Positions 1-9,166 of a stretch of DNA of 64,000 bases are shown piece by piece; position 1 is the stretch's first letter, and the number at the start of each line of letters is the position of its first letter. The stretch covers positions 2,129 through 66,128 of the forward strand of contig CAZWAX010000002.1 of assembly GCA_964631985.1 (NCBI GenBank), in the 5' to 3' direction. Both the position numbers and the translations under genes were made by a program. The notes below the pieces were generated by a model. That model searched no databases. It was not told the origin of the DNA and worked only from the letters and a program-made list of their open reading frames with translations. Origin of the DNA: an uncultured Polyangiaceae bacterium (lineage in GTDB: Bacteria; Desulfobacterota; Binatia; UTPRO1).

Positions 1-48
1 TCGGACCGAAGACAAGAGCCCGCCGGAAGAACACAAAGTAGTGTTGCG

Positions 49-705
49 ATGGCGGCCGAGTGCTTAGAAATCGACGCCGATCACCCTTTGGTGCGGGAAC
101 GGGCCGCTGCGCTTGTTCGCTCGACTCGCTCTCCGGCTGAGGCCGCACGCGTACTTTTCGAGTTCGTGCGAGACGAAATCGCTTACACCTTCCGTTGGCA
201 GGAGGGTGCGGCGGATGCCTGGCCCCCGACCGCGGTCTTTCGTGCCTCGAGCACGCTCGCGCGTGGCTCCGGCATGTGCATCCAGAAAGCGGTCCTTTTG
301 TGCGCATTGGCTCGCGCCGCGGGACTTACCGCCCGAATCAGCTTTCAGAGTGTGCGCGACTACCGTCTGCCGCGTGAGCTCGTGGCACTCATGGGAGACG
401 TGTTGACCCCACACGGGCTAGCCACCATCAAGATCAATCGCCGCGCCGTGCGCCTCGATCCCTCGCTCGATCGGAACCTCTGCGAGCGTAAGGGCTATCA
501 ACTGACCGAGTTCTCCGCGAGCACGCACGCAATGCTCCCGGCGCTCGATGCGGCAGGGAATCCCCACTTCGAGATTCTCGAAGAGCTCGGGGAGTTCGAC
601 GTGTTTCCGATGGACCTCGTCATGGCGCGATTCGAAGCGCGCTTTCGCGACCTCGATGTTGCCGCCGTGCGCGCCTACATCGAGCGGACCGCCGCCACGA
701 TGTAG
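49..705 (+). CDS. transglutaminase-like cysteine protease family protein
   Basis: ORF of 218 aa. Conserved-Cys core (GSGMCIQKAVLLCALARAAGLTAR) is typical of the transglutaminase-like superfamily. ATG at 49. Confidence 0.65.
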   Translation: MAAECLEIDADHPLVRERAAALVRSTRSPAEAARVLFEFVRDEIAYTFRWQEGAADAWPPTAVFRASSTLARGSGMCIQKAVLLCALARAAGLTARISFQSVRDYRLPRELVALMGDVLTPHGLATIKINRRAVRLDPSLDRNLCERKGYQLTEFSASTHAMLPALDAAGNPHFEILEELGEFDVFPMDLVMARFEARFRDLDVAAVRAYIERTAATM

Positions 706-738
706 GGCGACCACAATCCCAGGGAATGGAGGGCCTCG

Positions 739-1962
739 ATGCCCGCAGCGCTCAATCTGCTCGACCCGGATCTGCACGCGAACCCGTATCCGCACTATGC
801 GGCGATCCAAGACACCTCGCCCGTCTGTATCGTGGAACCCTTCGGGTTTTTTGGCGTCACGCGCTACGACGACGTGGTTTCGGTCCTTAAACGTCCGGAA
901 ATCTTTTCGTCGCGGGCCATGACGAGCATGCTTGGGGACCTAAACCCGGTGCCGGATGCGCTGACGTTGATCGCTACCGATCCGCCGGTGCACACCCGCC
1001 TTCGAACGCTCGTGAATCGCGCATTCACGCCGCGCGCGATCGCGGCGCTCGAACCGCGCATCCGCAAGATCACGCGTGCCGCCCTCGATGGGATGACGTC
1101 GGCCCACCCGTTCGAGCTCATCGGCGAGCTCGGCATCCCGCTTCCAGTGACCGTCATCGCCGAGCTCCTGGGTATTCCAGCCGAGGACCAACAGGATTTC
1201 AAGCGTTGGTCAGACGACATCGTGCAGGCCGTCGGCGGCATGATCACCGCGGAGGATCACGAGCGCATTCGGCAGAGCATCAAGGAGTTCCAGCTCTACT
1301 TCGAAGAGACGGTTGCTCGCCGGCGGCTGGAGCCCACCAACGACGTCCTCAGCGACCTCATTCGCGCGGAAGAAGATGGCCTGTTGCTAAGCGCGACCGA
1401 TGTCATGGCCTTCAGCAGTCTGCTCTTGGTCGCAGGCAATGAGACGACGACGAACCTCTTGGGAAACGCCGTCGTGGCGCTCCTCGAGAATCCCGTGGAG
1501 CTCTCGAAGGTGCGCGCCAATCCCGGCCTCATTCCGGGCCTCATCGAAGAGACCCTGCGCTACGACAACCCGGTCCAATGTCTTTTCCGCCAGACGCTAG
1601 AAGAGGTGACACTTGGCGACGTGACGATCCCGGAGGGGGCAATGGTCATGCCCTTCTTCGCGGCCGCGAACCGCGACCCGGAGAAGTTTCCAGACCCCCA
1701 TACGTTCGATGTCACGCGCAATGCCGTCGGCCATCTCGGATTTGGGTTCGGCATTCACTTCTGCTTGGGCGCACCCCTGGCACGGCTCGAGGCGCGCGTC
1801 ATGCTCGAGGTGCTCTTGGCACGAGCGCCGGAGTTCACGTTCACTGACTCGAGGGTTGAATACATCGAGTCTCTGTTTCTCCGTGGTCCCAAGCGCCTTC
1901 CCTTGACGTGTCGGGAGCGTTCGCTCGCGAGCAACGCTCCCCGCGCTGCGGTGACCGTATGA
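739..1962 (+). CDS. cytochrome P450
   Basis: 407 aa. Heme-binding signature FGFGIHFCLGAPLA, ETLR and AGNETT helix-I motifs. GGAGGG RBS before the ATG. Stop overlaps the next start (ATGA). Confidence 0.9.
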   Translation: MPAALNLLDPDLHANPYPHYAAIQDTSPVCIVEPFGFFGVTRYDDVVSVLKRPEIFSSRAMTSMLGDLNPVPDALTLIATDPPVHTRLRTLVNRAFTPRAIAALEPRIRKITRAALDGMTSAHPFELIGELGIPLPVTVIAELLGIPAEDQQDFKRWSDDIVQAVGGMITAEDHERIRQSIKEFQLYFEETVARRRLEPTNDVLSDLIRAEEDGLLLSATDVMAFSSLLLVAGNETTTNLLGNAVVALLENPVELSKVRANPGLIPGLIEETLRYDNPVQCLFRQTLEEVTLGDVTIPEGAMVMPFFAAANRDPEKFPDPHTFDVTRNAVGHLGFGFGIHFCLGAPLARLEARVMLEVLLARAPEFTFTDSRVEYIESLFLRGPKRLPLTCRERSLASNAPRAAVTV

Positions 1963-3053
1963 GCAAGCGCCTGCACTATTCGTACGAAGAGATCATGATG
2001 GATCACGACTACGTCGAGCGGATTCATCACGACGGCCGACTCTTCCATGGAGGACTAGACGCTGCAGGCCGCTACGTGCCGCCGCGATCGCGCCATCGTC
2101 TGGACGCGATTGCCGCGTGGCGCGAACGGCTTCAGCAGCGCAAACAAGCAAGCGAGGTCGTCCACCTTGGGGACGTCGAGCGAGCCTTCTTCCCGAATGT
2201 GGCGCAGGCAAAACTACTGCTGCGTTCCGGGGCCAAGGAGGCTATGACGCGGATCCTGACCCTCATTGGTGTCACCGAAGGCTTCGGCAATGACGGCATT
2301 CGGGCGTTACCTGCGATGGACCTCTCGCACTTCTATACGGCACCGCTCGAGGACACCTGTCTCGGACACCTTCGCACGGGGCTGATGGAGGCCCACGGGA
2401 ACGACGAAGCCGGACGCGGCGACGAATCTGGCCATGACCAGATGTGGTACGCGATCCGAGACGCAGCACTCGAGCGGCCGACAATCACGGCCGACATGTT
2501 CGAGAACCTGCCGATAGCTCCCCCGCCAGGGTACGAAGGACCCGCGAAGCCCGGCCCGGAAGCGATCGGTGTGAGTTCCCTCGCAAGTCAGCTCTTTCCT
2601 GAGCTGGCTCCCATGTTCGAGCTCACGCTCACAGCGCTCGCCCAGATTTTGGTCATCGAGCTCATGGCATTTTCCACGTTTGCCTGGGCGCGCGAAGTGC
2701 TGGCGGACCCCCTGGGATCCGCGGCGCCCACGTTTGGACCAACGATGGTCGATCGCATCACCGTCGATGAAGGGATTCACGTCGGATACCTGCAATGCGC
2801 GCTCGCGGAGACCCGCTGCCGGCTGCTCGTATCGGCCGTCGGCGGCACTCTTGGAGGCGCTCAAGTAGTGGACGCCATCGTCAAGAAGATCGTCGCTCAG
2901 AACACGGGCGCTCGATGGGACCGGATGAATGTCTACCGGATGAAGCAGATCAGGGCAGAGCTCGAGCGCCGGCGAGACGGGGAGCGTCTCCTTGCGGAGT
3001 TCGCCGAGCTTGGGCCGGTGCCGGCGGAGAGTGCTGCGGTCGCTCTCGCGTGA
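1959..3053 (+). CDS. hypothetical protein, paralog of 54069-55145 (protein X family, unknown function)
   Basis: Start chosen at the internal ATG that aligns with the N-terminus of its paralog (MSKRLHYSYEEIM vs MKLSYTNDEIM). Shared blocks FPNVAQ, LTLIG(V/I)TEGFGNDGI, EAHGNDEAGRG(D/E)E(S/A)GHD, PIAPPPGY(E/T)GPAKP, DE(G/N)IHV(G/S)YLQCALAE. Several E..H pairs. Confidence 0.7.
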   Translation: MSKRLHYSYEEIMMDHDYVERIHHDGRLFHGGLDAAGRYVPPRSRHRLDAIAAWRERLQQRKQASEVVHLGDVERAFFPNVAQAKLLLRSGAKEAMTRILTLIGVTEGFGNDGIRALPAMDLSHFYTAPLEDTCLGHLRTGLMEAHGNDEAGRGDESGHDQMWYAIRDAALERPTITADMFENLPIAPPPGYEGPAKPGPEAIGVSSLASQLFPELAPMFELTLTALAQILVIELMAFSTFAWAREVLADPLGSAAPTFGPTMVDRITVDEGIHVGYLQCALAETRCRLLVSAVGGTLGGAQVVDAIVKKIVAQNTGARWDRMNVYRMKQIRAELERRRDGERLLAEFAELGPVPAESAAVALA

Positions 3054-4414
3054 CGGTTAGGCGCGGCCAGACGACACGACGAGCGTTGGCAATTCTCCGC
3101 CTCTTGGGCACCGTCGGCGTCCTTTGCACACGTGTGCCCTCGAGCATGGCCGACGTCGTGACGCTCGAGGAAGCCTGTGCCGCGGCCGTGCATACGCACG
3201 AACGGATCGCGGCGGCCGAGGCCGATGAGGAACGCGCGGCCGTTGCTCCGTGGCGCGCGCTCAGTGCTCTCGGTCCGTCGGTCCACGGTACCGGCTCGTT
3301 CACTCGCGAAAAAGACGCCATCGCGTTCCCAACCCAGGCTGGTGTTCCCTCGGATAGTTTCAACCCGTTGATTCTCGCGAAAGACCCTTTGCGGGCTTCG
3401 CTCAGCGTGACTCAACCGCTCTACACGCACCAATTCTGGGCGCTCCGCGATCTCGGCAAGTCCGAGGTCGCGCGGAGTGCGGAAGCCTATCGCGCGACTG
3501 TGCAGGACATCGTCCTCGCTGTCACGGCAGCGTACTACGACGCGCTACGGGCCCGCACACTGCGCGCTGTGGCCGACGAAGCGGCACGACTTGCCGATGC
3601 CGAGGCGGTCCATGCGCGCACTCGCCTAGAAGTCGGCGAAACGATGCGCACCGATGTACTCCGCGCGGAGACTGAGATCGCGAGAACCGCGCAGCGAGTG
3701 GCCGAGACAACAGGGGCGGTCGAAGTCGCATCGATGACACTCTCTCGGCTAACAAGACTCCGCGAACCTTTTGAATTGGAAGATCCGCCGCCGCGGCGGC
3801 TGAGTGCGGACTCCCCAGCGCCGATCGTCGCGACCGCGCTGCTGCACAACCCGGACCTCCAGCAAGCGCTAGCCGCACTCGAAGCGGCGCGCGCTGAAGA
3901 AGCACGGCGGGAGGCCGCGCTGTATCCGACGCTCGCAGTGCAGGGGAGCTACCGATTGGTGAATCAGGAAACCTTCGTTGAGCTCAACAACTTCTGGCAG
4001 GTCGTCGTGGGTATCGAGATCCCCCTCTTCGAAGCAGGAGGCGCGCGCTATCTGGACGTGGCGGAGCAACGTGCCCGCGTCAAGAATGTCGCCGCGCAAG
4101 TGGCCGGACTGCAGCGCGACCTCGAGGTCGACGTCGGCCGCGCCTTTGTGACGGCCCGCACACTCGAACAGCAGGAAGCCACGGCTGAGAAGGAAGCGGC
4201 CCTTGCGGTCGACAGCTATCAACTGCTCTCCCGCCAATACCAAGGCGGGGCCGCCACCAGCCTCGATGTCCTCACCGCGCTCACTGCGCGCGCTGCCGCT
4301 CAGAGCAATCGCGCCGTCATCCGGTACGCGCACGCTATTGCCCTCGCCCAGCTCGACCGCCTCGCGGGTACGCTTGGCGTTTCCGATGCCGCACGTCCCG
4401 CGGAGAGGCCCTAG
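3050..4414 (+). CDS. TolC-family outer membrane efflux protein
   Basis: GTG start overlaps the upstream stop (GTGA). N-terminal signal-peptide-like segment (RRALAILRLLGTVGVLCTRVPSSMA). Coiled-coil and beta-barrel repeat pattern typical of OEP/TolC proteins. Confidence 0.8.
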   Translation: MTVRRGQTTRRALAILRLLGTVGVLCTRVPSSMADVVTLEEACAAAVHTHERIAAAEADEERAAVAPWRALSALGPSVHGTGSFTREKDAIAFPTQAGVPSDSFNPLILAKDPLRASLSVTQPLYTHQFWALRDLGKSEVARSAEAYRATVQDIVLAVTAAYYDALRARTLRAVADEAARLADAEAVHARTRLEVGETMRTDVLRAETEIARTAQRVAETTGAVEVASMTLSRLTRLREPFELEDPPPRRLSADSPAPIVATALLHNPDLQQALAALEAARAEEARREAALYPTLAVQGSYRLVNQETFVELNNFWQVVVGIEIPLFEAGGARYLDVAEQRARVKNVAAQVAGLQRDLEVDVGRAFVTARTLEQQEATAEKEAALAVDSYQLLSRQYQGGAATSLDVLTALTARAAAQSNRAVIRYAHAIALAQLDRLAGTLGVSDAARPAERP

Positions 4415-5472
4415 TGTCGAAGCGCCGATCGTTGTGGATCCTTCTCGGTCTTATCGTCATCGTCGTGGCCGCGATCTGGGGCGTGGAGTGGTGGCGCTTC
4501 CATCGCACACACGTCAGCACGGACAACGCCTATGTTCGCGCGGACAACGTGCTGATTACCCCGCGCATTCCCGGAACGATCAGCGAGCTCGCCGTCGAAG
4601 ATCATTGGCAGGTGAATGCGGGCACAGTGCTCGCGCGCCTCGACCGCGCAGACTATGAGATTCGGCTTCGGCAGGCGGACGCCGCATTGGCGCGTGCGAG
4701 GGAAGGTGTCGCACAGGCCCGCGCGGCAGTGTGGACCGCCGAGAGCCAGGCGCGCGCGGCTGAAGCACAGCTCGCCCAGGCGCGACTCGATGAAGCACGT
4801 GTTGCCCAGCTCGCGAGCGGTGATGCCGCACCCGCTGACCGCGTCGAACATGCCCACACCGCACGGCGCACGGCCGAGGCCCAAGTCGAAGCGGCACGCC
4901 GCGGCGTCGAACAGGCACGCGCGTTCCTCGGTATCTCCCTCGATGCCCCCGATACCGAAGCGTCGAGCGTGCGTCAGGCGACCGCCGCACGCGACGAGGC
5001 CGCGCTGCTCCTTTCGTACACGGAACTTCGAGCGTCCAGCAATGGCGTCGTCACGAAACGCTCCGTCGAGGTTGGGCAGGCCGTCCAACCGGGCCAGCCA
5101 ATCATGGTGCTTGTTCCTCTGGAGCGCGTCTACATTGAAGCCAACTTCAAAGAGACGCAGCTTGCTGCGGTCCGTGTCGGGCAGCCGGCAACCATCGTTG
5201 CCGATCTCTACCCTGATCACGTCTACACCGGGCGAGTGGCGAGTCTCGCCCCCGGAAGCGGCGCCGCCTTCGCATTGTTGCCGCCGGAGAACGCGTCCGG
5301 CAACTGGGTGAAGGTCGTCCAACGCGTGCCGGTCAGAATCACGCTCGATGCGCCGCCGCCCCCAGAATGGCCGCTCCGCGTGAGCGTCTCGGTCGTCGCC
5401 ACGATTGACGTCACGAGCAGCGAAGGAAGTCGCGTGCTGCCGCTCACGCAGCCGGCCCACGCTGCGCCATGA
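4414..5472 (+). CDS. HlyD/EmrA-family membrane fusion protein
   Basis: Single N-terminal TM helix, long Ala/Arg coiled-coil, C-terminal beta-barrel region (GRVASLAPGSGAAFALLPPENASGNWVKVVQRVPVRI). GTG start overlaps the TolC stop. Confidence 0.85.
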   Translation: MSKRRSLWILLGLIVIVVAAIWGVEWWRFHRTHVSTDNAYVRADNVLITPRIPGTISELAVEDHWQVNAGTVLARLDRADYEIRLRQADAALARAREGVAQARAAVWTAESQARAAEAQLAQARLDEARVAQLASGDAAPADRVEHAHTARRTAEAQVEAARRGVEQARAFLGISLDAPDTEASSVRQATAARDEAALLLSYTELRASSNGVVTKRSVEVGQAVQPGQPIMVLVPLERVYIEANFKETQLAAVRVGQPATIVADLYPDHVYTGRVASLAPGSGAAFALLPPENASGNWVKVVQRVPVRITLDAPPPPEWPLRVSVSVVATIDVTSSEGSRVLPLTQPAHAAP

Positions 5473-7019
5473 GCGACTCGCCGCGCCCGCCCACGAACAA
5501 GTGGCTGGTGACTCTCGCGGTCATGCTCGCGACCGTCCTCGAGGTGCTCGATGTAACGATCGCGAACGTCGCGCTGCCGCACATGCAAGCGAGTTTCTCG
5601 GCCTCGATCGACGAAGTCACGTTGGTGCTGACGTCGTATCTCGTTGCGAGCGGCATCGTGATTCCGCTCACCGGCTGGCTCGCCGACCGTGTGGGCCATA
5701 AGCGTCTCTTCATCGGTAGTACAGTGCTCTTCACGGCAAGCTCGGTGCTCTGCGGGCTCGCCTGGAACCTCGAGAGCATCGTGCTCTTTCGCGTCGCGCA
5801 GGGGATTGGCGGCGCCGCCCTCATGCCGCTTTCGCAAGCAACGCTGCTCGAGGTCTTTCCCGAGGCCCAACACGGTCTCGCGACGGCCGTCTGGGGCATC
5901 GGTATCATGGCCGCGCCAATCTTGGGGCCGACGCTCGGCGGCTGGCTCACGGACAACTACCACTGGCGATGGGTCTTCCTCGTCAATCTCCCGCTCGGAC
6001 TCGTCGCGATCGCACTCCAACTGGCATTTGTCCCCGACGACTCCACCAAAGAACGACGGGTCACGCGCGTGGACTACGTCGGCTTGCTTCTCGTCACGCT
6101 GAGCATCGGATGCATGCAGATCGTGCTCGATCGCGGCGAACGATCCGATTGGTTTGCCGCTCCGTGGGTGTGGATCTTTACCAGCGTCTCGCTGCTTTCC
6201 CTCGTACTGGTGGTGCCATGGGAACTCAGGCACGAGGCACCCGTCGTGGATTTGCGCCTATTCCGGAAGGCGAGTTTCGCCTCCGGAACGCTCTTAACGG
6301 CGCTCCTCTTTGCCTGCCTCTACTCGAACCTCATCATGTTCGGTCTCTACCTCCAGACCGTGATGCAGTACCCCGCTTGGAACGCGGGCCTCACCATGGC
6401 CCCGCGTGGGATGGCCACCATGGTGGGGATGTTTGTCATTGGGCATCTGTACGCCCGCCTCGATCCCCGCTTGGTTCTTGCAGCCGGCCTTGGCCTTGTC
6501 GCTCTCAGCAGCTTTCAAATGGCGAACTTCCACGCAGGCTATGGCCAGCACGAGTTGATGATTCCGCTCCTCGTAAGCGGGCTGGGAATTGGGTGGACCT
6601 TCGTGCCGTTGTCGGCGAGCACGCTCAACGGTGTTCCGGCCGCGTCACTTGCGAACGCCTCCGGTCTCTTCAATCTCATGCGCAATACTGGCGCGAGCGT
6701 CGGCATCGCGATCTCCGGTACGCTTCTCGTCCGCTGGGGCCAGGCCCACCAGTCCCGCCTCGTTGAGCAAGTGAACCCGGTGAACCCCGCTGCCGACGCC
6801 GCTCTCCAGGGGGCGCAAGCGCTGGCCCGTCATGGCGGGGCGGATCCATTCACCGCAGCGAACCAGGCACTGGGCATGCTGTACGGGCTCATCCAACGCG
6901 AAGCGACCATCCTCGCGTTCGAGGACGTGTTTCGCTTTGCGGGCATCGTGGCACTTGCCATCCTTCCGTTGCTCTTGCTGCTGGGCAAAGGGCGGCCGGA
7001 CCCGTCGGCAATGCACTGA
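5469..7019 (+). CDS. MFS transporter, DHA2 (EmrB/QacA) family, 14-TMS drug efflux
   Basis: 516 aa with multiple hydrophobic helices. Motifs LDVTIANVALPHM and GxLaDrxGrkr. ATGA overlap with the MFP gene. Confidence 0.9.
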   Translation: MSDSPRPPTNKWLVTLAVMLATVLEVLDVTIANVALPHMQASFSASIDEVTLVLTSYLVASGIVIPLTGWLADRVGHKRLFIGSTVLFTASSVLCGLAWNLESIVLFRVAQGIGGAALMPLSQATLLEVFPEAQHGLATAVWGIGIMAAPILGPTLGGWLTDNYHWRWVFLVNLPLGLVAIALQLAFVPDDSTKERRVTRVDYVGLLLVTLSIGCMQIVLDRGERSDWFAAPWVWIFTSVSLLSLVLVVPWELRHEAPVVDLRLFRKASFASGTLLTALLFACLYSNLIMFGLYLQTVMQYPAWNAGLTMAPRGMATMVGMFVIGHLYARLDPRLVLAAGLGLVALSSFQMANFHAGYGQHELMIPLLVSGLGIGWTFVPLSASTLNGVPAASLANASGLFNLMRNTGASVGIAISGTLLVRWGQAHQSRLVEQVNPVNPAADAALQGAQALARHGGADPFTAANQALGMLYGLIQREATILAFEDVFRFAGIVALAILPLLLLLGKGRPDPSAMH

Positions 7020-7121
7020 GAGCCCGAGTCGTGCCGCGTTGAAATGCAGGGCCTTCCGTCGCCAAGACAGCAAACAGCGCCGGCATGCGAGCGATGGCCT
7101 CGTCGTCTGGCAGGGCACCTC

Positions 7122-7766
7122 TCAGCCCGCCGTCATGCGGCCGACCGTCGAGCGAACGAGGGTGCGGATGAAGCGCTCGATGTCCGCCGGCACCCGTTTG
7201 GTGATCTTCATCTGCACGACGATGTAGGCTGCTCCCATCATCAGGAGCGCCTCGCCCTCGGGTTCGAGGTCCGGGGCTACGGTACCCTCGCGCTGGCCGT
7301 GCTCGATGGCGGCGGCGATCGAACGCACCACACGCTCCTGAAAGGCGCGGTAGCGTGGCCAGCTCCCGTCGCCGAACGTGGTGCTCCAGTCGAGCCAGAC
7401 GCGGGCGTGATCGGGATGAGTGTCGACCGAAGCTGCGAACGTTCTCGAGAGCTGAAGGAGCGCGGCGGGGGCCGAACCGGCGCCCGCGAGCGACTGGTCG
7501 ACGAGCCCACCGTAGAACGTCTCGATCTCGGCGACCACCGCTTCCACGAGCGCAGTGCGGGTCGGGAAGTACACGAAGACGGCCGAGACCGAGACTCCGG
7601 CGGCTTCAGCGATCTCGGCGTGCCGGGCGGTGCGCAGGCCGCGCAGCGCGAACACTCGGAGCGCCGCGTCCAGCAACAGCGTACGGCGCGCACCCGGCGC
7701 GAGGCGGGCGGCCCGCTTGCGTACCGGTTGACGCCGCATCGGTCGCGCTTTGGTCCGCGTGGGCAT
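7122..7766 (-). CDS. TetR/AcrR family transcriptional regulator
   Basis: N-terminal HTH (LLDAALRVFALRGLRTARHAEIAEAAGVSVSAVFVYFPTRTALV). Divergent from the CYP153 gene. Confidence 0.85.
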   Translation of the reverse strand: MPTRTKARPMRRQPVRKRAARLAPGARRTLLLDAALRVFALRGLRTARHAEIAEAAGVSVSAVFVYFPTRTALVEAVVAEIETFYGGLVDQSLAGAGSAPAALLQLSRTFAASVDTHPDHARVWLDWSTTFGDGSWPRYRAFQERVVRSIAAAIEHGQREGTVAPDLEPEGEALLMMGAAYIVVQMKITKRVPADIERFIRTLVRSTVGRMTAG

Positions 7767-7793
7767 GGACCACGAGGGTATTCTCTATTGACA

Positions 7794-7816
7794 GGATACT
7801 CAATACCGAGTATTCC
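7794..7816. promoter_or_regulatory. putative TetR operator: inverted repeat atactc-N7-gagtat next to a TTGACA -35-like hexamer
   Basis: ggatactcaataccgagtattcc lies in the divergent intergenic region between the TetR gene (minus) and the CYP153 gene (plus). TTGACA at 7788-7793. Confidence 0.4.
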
Positions 7817-7886
7817 CTACTGATAGCTTACACAATAGCGTCCTTCGCGCCGCGAAGGAGCAGCATGGCTTCCAAGGAGCATCGAC

Positions 7887-9152
7887 ATGAATGACGGAAC
7901 TGCGGCGGTCAGTGGAACCGGCACGAGCGAGGCATATGCGATCCCGCTCGATGAGATCGATGTCAGCAATCCTGAGCGGTTCCGTGACAATACCATCTGG
8001 GCATACTTCGAGCGCCTGCGGCGCGAAGACCCCGTGCACTACTGCCGGGAGAGCGTGTTCGGGCCGTATTGGTCCGTGACCAAGTTCAAGGACATCATGC
8101 AGGTCGAAACCAATCCGCAGGTGTACTCGTCTGAATCGCGGTACGGCGGCATCACGATTCTGGAATCCAATGCCGCGGCGAGCCTGCCGATGTTCATCGC
8201 GATGGATCCGCCGAAGCACGACGAGCAGCGCAAGGCCGTCAGTCCGGTCGTAGCGCCGGAGAATCTCGCCAAGCTGGAAGGTCTTATCCGTGAACGCACC
8301 GGGCAGACGCTGGACAGCCTGCCGGTCGGCGAGACCTTCAATTGGGTCACTCGGGTCTCGGTCGATCTGACGACGAAGATGCTGGCGACGCTGTTTGACT
8401 TTCCCTGGGAGGATCGCGCCAAGCTGACGCGCTGGTCGGACGTGACGACGACGCTGCTCGGGGCGGGTCTCATTGATACCGAAGAGCAGCGCATGGCGGA
8501 GTTGAGGGACTGCGCAGATTACATGACGCGCCTGTGGAACGAGCGCGTCAATGCCACGCCCGGAACCGACCTGATCTCGATGCTCGCGCATGCCGACGCC
8601 ACCCGCAACATGACCCCGGAAGAGTTTCTCGGCAACATCCTGCTGCTGATCGTCGGCGGCAACGACACGACGCGGAACTCGATGACCGGCGGGATCCTGG
8701 CGCTCAACGAGCCTCCCGGCGAATACCGCAAGCTGTGTGCGCAGCCGGCCCTGGTGAGCTCGATGATCTCGGAGATCATCCGCTGGCAGACGCCGCTGGC
8801 GCACATGCGCCGCACCGCACTCCAGGACACCGAGCTCGGCGGCAAAACCATCCGCAAGGGCGACAAAGTCGTCATGTGGTACGTCTCCGGCAATCGCGAT
8901 GCCGACGCGATCGAGAATCCGGATTCGTTCCTCATCGATCGCCCCAAGGTGCGCCATCACCTGTCGTTCGGCTTCGGTATCCATCGCTGTGTCGGCAACC
9001 GCCTCGCCGAGCTGCAACTGCGCATCCTCTGGGAGGAGCTGTTGCGGCGCTGGCCGAAGCCGATGCAGCTCGAGGTCGTTGGGACGCCCAAGCGGGTCTT
9101 GTCGCCCTTTGTGCGGGGCTTCGAGGCCTTGCCGGTCCGCATCCAGGCCTGA
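7887..9152 (+). CDS. cytochrome P450, CYP153 family (alkane/alicyclic terminal hydroxylase)
   Basis: 421 aa with very high similarity over the full length to recalled CYP153A sequences (PVHYCRESVFGPYWSVTKFKDIM, LTRWSDVTT, HLSFGFGIHRCVGNRLAELQL). AAGGAG RBS. Confidence 0.9.
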   Translation: MNDGTAAVSGTGTSEAYAIPLDEIDVSNPERFRDNTIWAYFERLRREDPVHYCRESVFGPYWSVTKFKDIMQVETNPQVYSSESRYGGITILESNAAASLPMFIAMDPPKHDEQRKAVSPVVAPENLAKLEGLIRERTGQTLDSLPVGETFNWVTRVSVDLTTKMLATLFDFPWEDRAKLTRWSDVTTTLLGAGLIDTEEQRMAELRDCADYMTRLWNERVNATPGTDLISMLAHADATRNMTPEEFLGNILLLIVGGNDTTRNSMTGGILALNEPPGEYRKLCAQPALVSSMISEIIRWQTPLAHMRRTALQDTELGGKTIRKGDKVVMWYVSGNRDADAIENPDSFLIDRPKVRHHLSFGFGIHRCVGNRLAELQLRILWEELLRRWPKPMQLEVVGTPKRVLSPFVRGFEALPVRIQA

Positions 9153-9166
9153 GGCGGCGACCTCGA

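Noticed and set aside
1908-1958. 17-aa N-terminal extension of the protein X paralog ORF
   Set aside because: The paralog alignment starts at the internal Met, and the ATG at 1959 overlaps the P450 stop (ATGA), so the extension is unlikely to be translated.
7800-9017. 405-aa minus-strand ORF opposite the CYP153 gene
   Set aside because: The plus-strand P450 has unambiguous heme-binding and family signatures, so the antisense ORF is spurious.
8534-9166. N-terminal extension of the ferredoxin reductase ORF
   Set aside because: The extension overlaps the P450 C-terminus in another frame and is low-complexity. The Rossmann motif starts right after the GTG at 9167.
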